Source of the DNA: the human T2T-CHM13v2.0 reference genome, Homo sapiens
Strand: one strand, 5' to 3'
Length of the DNA: 64,000 bases
NCBI RefSeq assembly: GCF_009914755.1
Contig: NC_060938.1
The position numbers and the translations under genes are program-made. Numbering within the stretch: position 1 is the stretch's first letter; each line of letters opens with the position of its first letter. The notes under the pieces were generated by a model. It was not told the DNA's origin. It worked only from the letters and a program-made list of their open reading frames with translations, and made no database searches. Below, one piece after another: positions 43,465 through 64,000 of this stretch.

Positions 43465-45406
43465 TGAAGTGATCCGCCTGCTTCGGCCTCCCAAAGTGCT
43501 GGGATTACAGGTGTGAGCCACCATGCCCTGCCTAAACCTTATTCTTTAGCCTCCATCTCATGAGTTGATAGTTCTGTACTTTCCCCTAAAACTTGCAAAC
43601 TCATTAGGTCCAAAACCAAATGCACTGTCTTCACCTTCCTTTTTTTTTTTTTTTCACTATGACATATGTCATGCATACGAAAGTGTATAAAAGCAGTGAT
43701 TGTCAGTGCGTTTTTGAGTTTTGACCTCTGGTTGAATTTTGTGATACAAGTAGGTTAAATTTTTAAAAGGATTATAAGGGCTGTGAGCAATGGCTCACGC
43801 CTGTAATCCCAATACTTTGGGAGGCTGAGGCTGGCAGATTGCTTTAGCTCAAGAGTTCGAGACCAGCTTGGGTAACATGGCGAAACTCCCTGTCTCAACA
43901 AAAGAGACAAAAATTAGCCGGGCTTAGTGGCGCCGCCTGTAGTCCCAGCTAGTTGGAGGGATAATGAAATGAACATCTATGTACACATCCTTCATAAAAA
44001 GTGAAACATTAAAAATAATACATTAAGTCCCTTTGACCTCTTCTCTATTAACTCCTCTGACTTTCAAACCACCTTCCCTTTTTGCCTTCCATTCATTGGT
44101 TAATGGCATCACTAGCCATCTGGTTATAAAAACTAGAGATATTGGAATCATTTTTGCCTCTTTTTTCCTTCACTTGCCATAACCATTTGGTCATTAGATT
44201 CTGCTTCATGAATTAGCCCTTAACGCTAGTTTCTTTTTCTCTAGTTCAAGGCCACATCTTGTCTCAACTAGCCTTATGGAGTATGGGTAGTGCATGTAGT
44301 GTCCTGGCTCTTCAGTTTTTTCCCTCCAATGTATTTGTTACACTGTATCTAAAGATGTTTCTAAGGTATAGAACAGATTTCTCATTCTGTTGTTTTCTTT
44401 GGGACATGTTATTAAATACTTAATATAGTGATTATGAACCCTTGCTGCACATCAATATAGCTAGTGAAAGTTTTCAAAACATAAATGTCTTGTTTTGCAC
44501 TCCAGATTAAGAATTTAGATGAAGCTACTCCCCCTAAAACTTTTTTACCTTACTATCTCTGGAGAGTCTGATTGAGCATTTAATTTTTACTGATAGGCAT
44601 TATCTAAATGTCATTGAAATAACGCATTGCTTGAGCATATGCCTCTTATCCCTCCTTTTCCTTTTTTATTTTTCACTTTTCCTTTTTCTTTTCAATGTTA
44701 AGGCCAACTTTCCAAGGAATTCTTTTGATTTTCGTTTTAATTTTCTTCTTGGTAGCATTTTATGTAAAGATTCTTTTTATGGTTGACCTCATAGCCAGAA
44801 AGTATCGTAAAGAAATGATTCCCAGTGTTCCTGAGTTATTACCTCTTGTTGCTAATTGACTTTTTTTTTGGTATACCTTTTTTGCTGCAAAAGTACGAAT
44901 TGGTGCTGTGATATTATTTTACATAAAATGAGTTTTAAAATTTGAAAAACAATTACTTTAATGAAGAGAAAGTTGCTTGATACTTCTTGATATAATTGAA
45001 TATAATCTTTGGTGCTAAGTTAAGACAGAGGTGGTATGATGCATAATTTATCTTTTGAAGGGAGTCTTGTGTTAAACTGTTATATTTGATTAGGAATTAG
45101 AACTTCTCTCATGCTGGGACAATTTCTGGAGTACATAGTAGGTGTTTAATGAATGAGTAAATGAATACAAGTGGCAGCTCCATCCCAACCTCTAGTCTGT
45201 TGACTAGTTGCACTCTAATTCTCACAAGGAACGCTTTGGAAAATAATTTTCCCTTGACTTAAAAAATAATGTTCTCAGTCATTACTAAAAAATTGGAAAT
45301 TAGAAAAAGATATAAGAAAATAAAAATTGCTGGTCGCGGTGGCTCACGCCTGTAATCCCAGCACTTTGGGAGGCTGAGGCGGGTGGATCATGATGTCAGG
45401 AGTTCA

Positions 45407-45628
<222 letters not shown>

Positions 45629-45774
45629 TCATCATCCAGAGATAACAAATGTTATTTTAACAGTTTATTAAAATATAATTCTTGGCTGGGTGCGGTGGCT
45701 TAAGCCTGTCCCAACACTTTGGGAGGCCAAGGCAGGCAGATCACAAGGTCAGGAGATCCAGAGCATCCTGGCTA

Positions 45775-46040
<266 letters not shown>

Positions 46041-47035
46041 TTACACAGTTCACCTAAAGTGTACAATTGAAAGGATTATAGTGTATTTACAAAGTTACGC
46101 AACTATCACCATAATCAATTTTCGTACATTTTTATTATCCCATGAAGAAACCCCATACCTATTAGCAATCATTCCCTATTTTACTCCATCTCCTGAGCCC
46201 TAAGCAACTATTAATCCACTTTCTGTCTCTGTAGATTTATGTATTCTGAACAATTCATGTGGAACCATAATATGTGGTCTTTTGTGACTGGGTTTTTTCA
46301 CTTATGTTTCGAAGATTAATCCATGTTGTGGCATATGTTCAGTACTTCATTTCTTTTTATTGCCTAGTGATATACCTTTGTATTTTATTCTACATTTTAC
46401 TTATCCGTTCATAAGTTGAAGGATATTTGGGTTGTTTCTACTTTTTGGCTATTATGAATAATGCTGCTCTGACCATTCATGTACAAGTATTTGGATGATA
46501 TCTTATTAAGATTTTGATTTACAATTCCCTGATGGCTAATATTTTTTAATACTTGTTTTTAGACTGTGTTTAACAAAATATGGATTATACTACATATGCA
46601 GTTTTGTAGTCTGCCTTTTGCATTTAAGCCTGTTTTTAGCATTAGCAAGCATATTTTACAAAAGAATTTTCCTAATTTTTGCTCCCCTCTTTACTCCCCG
46701 CCAAAACCATAAATTCTTGGGAAACCTTGCTTAAATTAATATACCTAGAAAATACAATCCATATTAATATATACCAGATTATTATTGGTTGTTACCATGG
46801 TATGGGAGTGGGTAGAATTAGGGGAATTATATTTTCTACCTTAAATATTTCTGTAATGTTTTAACTTTTACAGTGAAGATACATCATTTTGTAATCACAG
46901 AACATAAAGGTGAATTATTTCCTTGGGGAATAAGTAGATTCAGCATGAAAAACAGTTCCTAAATTTGAAAGTCATAATTAACATTGTAAAATTAGTCATT
47001 AAAATATATTTCACTAAGCTGGGTGCGGTGGTTCA

Positions 47036-47427
<392 letters not shown>

Positions 47428-47592
47428 TTACTAAATACAATACCTATAGGCCATTTTGTTAACTAAATTTACTTTTCTGTGGTCCTAGACTGTGAACACA
47501 TATGCTGTGCAGAATTAAGAAAAATATTTAGTATTAAAGTCAGAAAAGCAAATACTGGTTATTAGCCTTTGACTGCTTTATAGAAAAGTATA

Positions 47593-47930
47593 CAGTTGTC
47601 TCTTGCTATCTGGGGGGGATTGATTCCAGGACCAAAATCAGAGGATGCTCAAGTCCCTGATGTAAAATGATGTAGTATTTGCATATGACCTATGCACATC
47701 CTTCCATGTACTTTAAAGCATCTCTAGATCAATACCTAATACAAAATGTAAATAGTTGTTATACCATATTTATATCCTTAAGAAAATACTTGTTATACTG
47801 TATTGTTTAGGGAATAATGACAAGAAAAGTCTGTACATGTTCACTAGAGACACAATTTTTTTTCTGAATGTTTTGATTTGTAGTTGGTTGAATCCATGGT
47901 TGTGAAGCCCCAGATACAGAAGGCTGACTG
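47593..47930. mobile_element. MER2 (Tigger family) with TA TSD
   Basis: TA|CAGTTGTC...GGGGATTGATTCCAGGACC...GGCTGACTG|TA. Confidence 0.8.
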
Positions 47931-48010
47931 TACTATGTAGAAGTAATTTTTCTAAGTATATTTAGTTCTTGAGGCTAATATTGATTCAAAAAGTCATTGA
48001 CAAGGACTTA

Positions 48011-48163
<153 letters not shown>

Positions 48164-48619
48164 TTACCTGGGCGTGGTGGTGGGCACCTGTAATCCTAGC
48201 TGCTCGGGAGGTTGCAGTGAGCTGAGATTGCCCCATTGCACTCCAGCCTGGGCAACAAGAGCAAAACTCTGTCTCAAAAAAAAAAAGAACTTTTTTGTAG
48301 GGATTATGTTGTAATAGGATTTGACATAGCTAATCATTAGACTCTGTTTATATAATCTCAGATCAGGCAAATCTGGCAGGAATATTTATAATTGTTTATG
48401 TAGAGAAAGGTGGGTTTTTGGACACTGCAGCTTCTGTTGAATAATAATCTGGCAGTTGTAATTGCCACTAAATTTTAAAGATTCCAGGAGTGGTTCCTGA
48501 ATGATGGGACAGACACTTCTGTAAGATTGTTCAGAAAATTTCCAGCTTACTTACACTCCATATAATACAGAGAGAGATAGTTGGTATCATTAAAAAAAGA
48601 AAGGAAGTTAATAGTTAAT

Positions 48620-48850
48620 ATGCTAGGTTTTTGAAGACAGCTTTATATGTATTGTCTCATTTAATCCTCACAACAGCCCTTCAGGGTAACTACCTTGGTA
48701 ATGGTATCTTCATTTTGCAAGTGAGGAAAGTGAGGCTCAGAGAGATTAAGTAACTTGCCCAAAGTAACACAGCCAGTATGTAACAGAGCTAGGATTTGAA
48801 TCTAAGTCTGTCAGACTCCAAAATCTATGCTCTTTCCAGTACTTCACACT
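48620..48850 (-). mobile_element. MIR
   Basis: CTCATTTAATCCTCACAACAGCCC...GAGGAAAGTGAGGCTCAGAGAG...AACTTGCCCAA. Confidence 0.8.
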
Positions 48851-49909
48851 GCAGCAAGTAAGTGTGATACTTGGCCCTGTGATTGCCTTACTTAGGGCAC
48901 CCAAAACTTCAGCCAGTTTCTATTGCTTACTATCCAAATCCTAGTCAGACCCCAGTTAGAAGACCCTGTGACTCGAGCCAGGATCAGTCCTTGTATGTAC
49001 TGGTCTGATTGCAGTGATAGTTATCATTTCTTTCTGAACGTTGCAATTACTCCTCCACAAAGAGGAATATACATCTTTAATTATGATTAAAATGTGATTT
49101 CTTCTATTATAGCATAGCAGCAAAATTTGTCCTTGCAGTTTCCAGCAGGTGTATTCAACCCTATAATTTAAAGCTTCATTCATACTCTAGCCAAAGGACT
49201 ATGGGAAGTCATTTTGCTTTTTTTTGGCAGGGAACGGCTGTTCTATTCCCTATCCTGCTTATATCATAAAATTGTTGTAAGAGTGAAATGAGATAATAGA
49301 TGTTCAACTGTAAGAAAGTACTGTGTGGTAATCTCTTACCTTTCTAAAAGCCCCATCTAAGTAGAGATTCTTCCTTTGTGAAATTCTAGCATATACAGAT
49401 TTATTTCTATAAATCGTTTTAGTTAGGCAAGAGAATCTTGAGAGTGTACTTGAATTGTAGATTACTCCAACCTGAGATTTAGGCTTAGCTATTAACATAC
49501 AAAAGGTATTTTTCACTTTAGTGTACATATTAGAACAAGGTGAGGTTAATTTTTAAGTATCTTGTTGGAAATGCATGGCAGGGAAATTCTGAAGAAGAAT
49601 TATAAGTAATGACAAATAAATATATTTAATGTACAGTACAAATTACCCAAGTTATTGTTTTTCTTTTGATTCATCATATTATCTTCATTGATTTATTTTA
49701 GTGGCTTTTAAAGATATTTGCAGTGCCTTTCATGACTTTAGTTCTCTGGTCTCGCTTTTTCCCTAAGGCCTTAAATACATCATTTCATTCATTCATAATG
49801 TTCATTTTTATTAAGGATTTACTGTATAAGGCTGAGGATAGATAAAGCAGTGAGCTCACAGGAGAAAGCAAAAGAGGCAAAAATCCCTGCCCTTGTGCAG
49901 GTTAAATTT

Positions 49910-53882
<3,973 letters not shown>

Positions 53883-53907
53883 TTTTTTTTCCTTTTTTTT
53901 TTTTTCT

Positions 53908-53933
53908 TGTTCCAGAGAAGCAGAATCAATAAG

Positions 53934-53989
<56 letters not shown>

Positions 53990-54275
53990 AGAGAGAGGGA
54001 GAAATGGATATAAAGATATGTATTTATTATAAGGAATTGGCTCAGGCCGTTATGGAGACTTAAGTTTCAAGATCTGTAGGATGAGTTGGCAAGCTGGAGA
54101 CCCAGGAGAGCCCATGGTGTAGATCCAGTCTGAATCTGAAGGCCTGAGAACTCAGAGAGCCATTGATGTAGTTTTAATCCAAAGGCTTGAGACCCACAAA
54201 GAACCAGTGTTTCAGTTTGAAGGCAAGAAAAGCTGATGTCCCTGTTAGCAGTCAGACAGGAGGAATTCTCTCTTA
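53908..54275. mobile_element. MLT2 (ERVL) LTR fragment containing (GT)25 at 53936-53985
   Basis: CCAGAGAAGCAGAATCAATA-(GT)n-...TTTATTATAAGGAATTGGCTCA...GCAAGCTGGAGACCCAGGAGAGCC. Confidence 0.75.
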
Positions 54276-55486
54276 GTGTTTATTTTAGTGTTCATTTGTG
54301 TGCCTTGTCTTACCAGCTAGTAGGTAAGCATCTTGAGGGCAGGGACTACAAATCATATTTGCTTGTTTATCATCCATAAGCCCTTGCATCCTTACAAGTA
54401 GTAAGTACATCTAATATGTAATACTTTTATAAAACAGTAAGATTTTAGAGCTGGAAAGGGTTTTTGACTCTTAGTTAACTGAAACAGAAAGTCTGTTGCA
54501 TGTGACTATTTTTTGGAAGAACCAGGATCAGAATTTTATTTTCGGTTCCTCATCAAGGGCTTTTTCTAATAATTCTTATTAATAATAAATGATAACTTAA
54601 ATCATTATCCTATTTTAGAGTTTTCCTGGAATCAGAAACAGGTTTAAAATGGGAAGAGAACCAGCCTTGGCAACATAACATAGTGAGACCCCGTCTCTAC
54701 AGATAATAAAAATTAGCTGGGCATGGTGGCATGCACCTGTGGTCCCAGCTACTTGGGGGGCTAAGGCAGGAGGATTTCCTGCGCCCAGGAAGTTGAGGCT
54801 GCAGTCAGCTGTGATCACACCACTGCACTCCAGCTTGGGTGACAGAGTGAGACCCTGTCTCAAAAAAAAAAAAAAAAAGAGTAAAATAATATACCTCTTT
54901 CCTTTGTGGTTAGAAGAATAAAATGAAATAATGTATGTGGAATCACTTAGTATAGCGCTTCGATATAGCTGATAGCTGAACAGTTGCTTTTTTTGTACTA
55001 GAAAAGTTATTAAAACCTTTTTTCTTTTTTTTGCTTAGGAGCAAGAATCAAAATAGTTTGCAGAGTCCTTTAATGTGGGAAATTAGGCAGTATTCCTGGA
55101 GATTTCACCTTTTTCTCCTCTTTTAATTTAAAAATGTGCATGATACATAATTCAGTTATTCATAAGTATTGTGCCAAAAAAAGAACATATTTAATGTGAG
55201 ATTATGTCATTATTTCCTCAAAGTATGTTATTTGACATGTTAAATTTGCTGATTCATATACAAGATTCCAATTAAGTATTCAAATATAAGGCATCATAAC
55301 CAAGTAGCAGTTTTATCTTTATGACATGACTGTATTTAAGCACAGGTTGAGGCTATGGAAGGTGATCTTACAGTAACTAAACACTAGAGTAATTTGAACT
55401 TAAATACTCTTTAGAACTCTTCAGTCATGGGAAGTGAAATTGATTATTCTCACTTAATTTTTTTTCTGCTGTAGAGTTCTTCGTAA

Positions 55487-55630
<144 letters not shown>

Positions 55631-57204
55631 TAGCATTGGGAAGATGGCTTATTCATAATCCCTGTATTTATATGTATTTTGATGTAGACTTAATACTTGT
55701 AGATAAAAGCCTAAAAGTGGATACAGTAAGTAGTGTTTTATTGAGAAATTAACTACAACTTCAAATTTACTTCAACTTTCTATAAAGAATTTTCCAAAAA
55801 AAAATCGAAAAAAACCTGACCTTAACTTACATGTAAAAATAACATTTTATCTTTTGAAAGTGGCTTAAATCTGGAACTGTACTTTTGTTTTCTTTATTGA
55901 TATAGACCTAAAATTTCATTACTCTGCTTCTTTCTTCTTGGCTAGGCCTGTGCTTATCTGTCCTTTTCTTTGTGACTTTTATTTAGCATTTTTATAAAAG
56001 GCTAGCATTTCCATCTTGTCTGTTTTGATTCATTTTCTTTGAAATCTTCAGTTTTTTGGAGATTTTGTAAGCCACTCCTTAGATGATATTAAAATACTTT
56101 TCTTCCCGGCTATATTATTTTAAGATATTTCTTTGTTCCATTTGTCCCCCACAGATTGTATCTTAGTGGTTTATTAATTGAAAAAGTTGACTGTGGTTCA
56201 CAAGTATACTTTATATTTTGTATCAACAATGGAAAAGTACTGAATTTGGTGTTAGAAGACATTGGTTAGTCCCACTGTAGCTATTTAGCAGCTGTACGAT
56301 GTAAATTGGGGCAACTAAACCTTAGATTCCTTAGTGTATAAAATAGGAAAAATAGCATTTACCATAGAAAATGGTTTTAAGTTTCAAATAAACTTTCTAA
56401 CTTGGAGGTTAGAAAACTTACGTAGAATTCTTACATGGAATTTGATCTCAATACTAAGCTAACGGAATTAAATAATTTTGAGACCATCTTAGAGATCATT
56501 TAGTTCAGCCTCTTATTTAACAGAACCAAAGTCAGTTTCATGTGATTATTTATTTGGAAGAACCAGGATTAGAACCTTTTTTTCCTAGTTCCTCATACAG
56601 GGCTTTTTCTAATACTGCTTATTAAAAAATAAATCATAACTTAAATCATTGTTTGGTCTTGTAATTCCAAATATATAAAACGACTTTCCAAACAGTTTTC
56701 CCTGTTGTGTAGCCCTTATGTTCTCTGTGTTTATAGTAGAAAGGAAAGGAAACCAGGGGAGGAGTTCTTGGTGGGAGGTAGAGTAACAGCTGTTGCTTAA
56801 ATTGGCAGCTTCTCTGTTCTTGATACTGTGCTGCTAGCTAATTAACAAGGAGAAAGCCCTCTAGTGAAAGATCAGTTCGAATTTTAGCAGACCCGTTTAA
56901 TGAGGGATAGAGAAAACTGGTAAGCCTCTCTCTGTAGGGCATATGAAGTGAGTTGAAGGAGAGAGAACATTCAAGAAATATTTGAGGGCCTATGTTTTTG
57001 CAGACATTTTTGCTGGCACCAGAGATACAGCGGTGAACAAAATAGACTAAAATTCCTAACCTCATAGAGTTTACATTCTAGTGTGTGAGCACTTTATATA
57101 CATGAGTGGCTAAAGCCTCATCTTTTCTTAAGACTTTTAATTTTATGACCTTTTAACTACAGTGCCTTGCAATTCAACAAACATATGATGATAATAAGTT
57201 ATTA

Positions 57205-57925
<721 letters not shown>

Positions 57926-58302
57926 TGAGTAGCTGGGATCACAGGCACGTGCCACCATGCCCAGCTCATTTTTGTATTTTTAGTAGAGATGAGGTTTCGC
58001 CATGTTGGCCAGGCTGTTCTTGAACTCCTGACCTCAAGTGGTCTGCCCACCTCGGCCTCCCAAAGTGTTGGGATTACAGGCGTGAGCCACCATGCCGGGC
58101 CTATAATTACTTTTATATAGGAATAAAATTGTGGCAATTAATACTTGGGTGTAAAACTAAATGGGGTCTCTTATTTTGACAAAATGACTAAACATTTAAT
58201 AAAATTATCTCTTCAAGAACTAACTGAAAAACCCAGTAGTGTGGTATTACTAAGCTGTGGTTATGTAAGTGATCAACAATTGTTTTTATGGAACTGAAAT
58301 GA

Positions 58303-58437
<135 letters not shown>

Positions 58438-59191
58438 TAAGTTAAATCAATCAGGTAAAACACAGGCACAGTTAAGTTTAGTTTACTGGAAAGAGGTGCT
58501 AACTGGAAGTGTTTGCTGTATCAGGAATCATTTCTGCTCTGCACCACTGGAAAAGTGCTGTGTTGGAGCTCATATGTTGGGCGAGAGCATGTGTAGTACG
58601 TTTCCATAATGATGGTTCAAAGAATAAACTACATGTGATTTTCATTTAATTACATATTTTTTTCTATTTTACTAGTCTTTTATTTGAATGGATTTGATTA
58701 AATACTGTATAGTATTTTAATATATAAAGCCTTTTAACAATTCAGGTTCTTCATAGAAAAGTACTGCCATTTTATTCTTTTTAGGCTTAAGATGATCTTA
58801 ATCAACCTTCATTATTGGAGGACTGTATTCTCTTTTGTTCTCCTTTTGGTTTCTCTGTTTCATATTTGAATGAAGAATTAATGTGTTTGGTCTCAGTTAT
58901 CATATTCATTGGGAGAGGCACTGAGTTGGTAGGACACACAGAGCAATACAGGTAGCTCAGTTAACTGCTTGAGTCTTATCTCTTACCATGCTTTAGACAT
59001 CTCTCCTTGTATTGTTAGACTGAGATTAGTTGTGGGACTACCAGCATTTAAGCATTTAGACATAGAGGAAGTAGCCGGGCGCAGTAGCTCACGCCTGTAA
59101 TCCCAGCACTTTGGGAGGCTGAGGTGGGTGGATCACGAGGTCAGGAGATCGAGACCAGCCTGGCCAACATGGTGAAACCCTGTTTCTACTA

Positions 59192-59347
<156 letters not shown>

Positions 59348-59719
59348 TCAAAAAAAAAAAAGAAAAAAGAAAGAAAAGAAATAGAGAAAGTAGTCCTGAT
59401 TTCTGTTGTAAAGATATATAAAATATATAAGCTGCAAGAAAAGTAAATAAAACTAGTTCTTTGTGGTAATATTAGGACAAATTTATATTTATACTTTCAA
59501 GTGTAATCCTTGAAAACCAAAGTCTTGCATCTAATACTTCATGGGAAAACTCTTTATGATATAGACTTACAAGTCTGTAGTAATTACATGCATGTTAACT
59601 GGAAGACTATTAATATGAATGACTGAATATTGTACATTCTTTGGAGCAGAAGCTTCTTTTTCTTAGAGTTTCTTAACTGATTTTCTCCTCCCCACCCCAA
59701 TCACCAACCACCATCATAA

Positions 59720-59887
<168 letters not shown>

Positions 59888-59946
59888 TAAATATGTTTTT
59901 TATGGAATATTCATCTGTATTAAAATATTAATGAAAGGATTATTGA

Positions 59947-60276
<330 letters not shown>

Positions 60277-60637
60277 TAATTCTGAGTGCAGATATGAAAG
60301 CTAGTACTATTCCTGCAAAAAATGCCAAAGCCAAGATGCGATGAGTGAAATTTCACTACAGATTTGTTGATGGAAGGGCCTAAGTTTTTCCTCGTTCACT
60401 ATCATGTTTTGCCTAGTGATGGTCCTGCTTTTGTATGGCAAAGTCACATATAGCAAGTATTCTTTTCTACACTGTTCGTTGTGTAAGGAATTCCCTTTGC
60501 AAAGACCATGTATCCCAATTCTTGCCTAGATTATGAGCAATTTTGAATTAGTGAAAGTTTTATTTTCAAATAGTAAATATAGCCAGTTGCCCTGCCTCAC
60601 CTTATTGCTGATCATGCAAATTATGGTGAAAATCTTA

Positions 60638-60877
<240 letters not shown>

Positions 60878-61192
60878 TCACATCTGTAATCCCAGCACTG
60901 TGGGAGGCTGAGATGGGTAACCACCTGAGGTCAGGCGTTCGAGACCAGCCTGGCCAACATGGTGTAACCCCATCTCTGCTAAAAATACAAAAATTAGCCG
61001 GGCATGGTGGTGCACATCTGTAGTTCCAGCTACTCCGGAGGGTGAGGCAGGAGTATTGCTTGAGCCCAGGAGTTCGGGGGTGCAGTGAGCCGTGATTGTG
61101 CCACTGCACTCCCGACTGGGGGAGAGGGTGAGACCCTGTCTTTAAAAAAAAACAAACAAAAAAAATTTTTTAGAGCATTAGATGCCCACTAG

Positions 61193-61408
<216 letters not shown>

Positions 61409-62009
61409 TGAGATGGGGTTTCACCATGTTGGCCAGGATGGTCTCTATCTCTTGACCTAGTGATCTGCCTGCCTTAGCCTCCCAAAGTGCTGGGACTACA
61501 ACCATGAGTCACTGTGCCTGGCCTCCTTTTTTTTTTTTTTTTTTTTTTTAAGAGACAGTCTGACTCTGTTACCCAGGCTGGAGTGTAGTGGTGCAATCAT
61601 GGCTCACTGTAGCCTCAACCTCCTGGGCTCAAACAATCCTCCTGCCTCAGTGCCCCCCAAGTAGCTGGGGCTACAGGTACATGCCACCACGCCCAGCTAG
61701 TTTTTGCATTTTTTGTAGAGACAAGGTTTTGCCATGTTGCCCTAGCTGGTCTTGAACTCCTGACCTCAAGTGATCCACCTGCCTTGGCCTCCCAAAGTGT
61801 TAGGATTACACATGTCAGCCACTTTGCCTGGCCAGAAATTTTTATTGTTAGGGGCTCGTAACTGTAGGCAATTCTGGAGCATCAAGTGCTTTATTAAGAA
61901 GCATTTATTGAGTACCTACTTTATTTCAGGAAGTATGCCAAATGCTGCTGATAGCAGAAATAAATGAGACTGGTTCTTATACTCAGATGCTTATGGTCTA
62001 GAGGAATGG

Positions 62010-63360
<1,351 letters not shown>

Positions 63361-64000
63361 TATAAAGAAGCCCTGAGACCAAGAAGTTGAAAACTGCTGT
63401 TCTTGATGGTGGGAGGAAGAGAAGACAAATTTATAAAATTATTTACTAAAACATATATGTTCCAAATAATGGGTCCATAGAGAGCTGGGAGTTTTTGCCA
63501 TGACATGTAGAAAATGGAGATGAATGTGGAGCAGCATCAGTGTACTGAAAGGATCTATGAGGAAGGGAAGTGGATTTATGTTTAAGACAGATTTTGCCTA
63601 TTTCAAAAGTTTGCCTAAGGGTAGGTTGATGCCTAGGAAAGGTATAAGAAAATGTATTTTCCTCTCTTCTCTACCTCATGGCTTTCCTTGAAATTCAAGT
63701 ATAATATAGATGATGTAATTTTTATGGATGGCTTGGCAGACTTTCTCTCAAAGGTTTAGACTTTGTGGACCACGTGATTTCTATTGCAACTACTCAGCTC
63801 TGCTGTTGTGGCACAAAAGCAGTAAATGGGTCAGGCACAGTGGCTTATACCTGTAATCTCAGCACTTCAGGAGGCCAAGGCTGGAGGATTACTTGAGGCC
63901 AAGAGTTCAAAACCAGTCTGGGCAACATAGCAATACTCCATCTCTACAAACAAATACTAAAGTTAGCCAGACATCATGGCATATGCCTGTAGTTCCAGCT

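Noticed and set aside
54401-54412. GTAAGTACATCT identical to 55483-55494 in exon 2
   Set aside because: Only 12 nt, within an L2-like 3' end, with no extension; not evidence of a duplicated exon.
59671-59678. TCTTAAC resembling a U12 branch site
   Set aside because: The intron 3 donor is GTAAGT (U2 type), not GTATCCTT.

Overview
Primate (human or great-ape-like) genomic DNA, very rich in Alu elements (about 90-95 copies counted by eye) with L1, L2, MIR, LTR and DNA-transposon fossils. A CpG-island bidirectional promoter sits at about 41.1-42.1 kb. On the + strand it drives SRP54: non-coding exon 1 plus coding exons 2-4 (residues 1-85, [26 protein letters not shown]...AVFKELVK), continuing beyond the window. 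On the - strand, the divergent unit I recall as SRP54-AS1 contains five intron-separated fossil coding exons (41294-41159, 28033-27896, 24408-24287, 22766-22655, 13670-13575). The last four splice in phase into a class I SAM-dependent methyltransferase fold with DOT1-like motif order (CxxC, VLVD..SR, LYGVE, VLHADI, MNNxFEY). The gene carries three frameshifts, one dead splice acceptor, an eroded motif I and an apparently missing exon 2. This reads as an unprocessed, probably unitary, pseudogene; from memory the syntenic intact mouse gene is 2700097O09Rik, which needs checking. Almost all ORFs in the supplied track are repeat-derived or chance ORFs. Repeat coordinates and family names are by-eye estimates.
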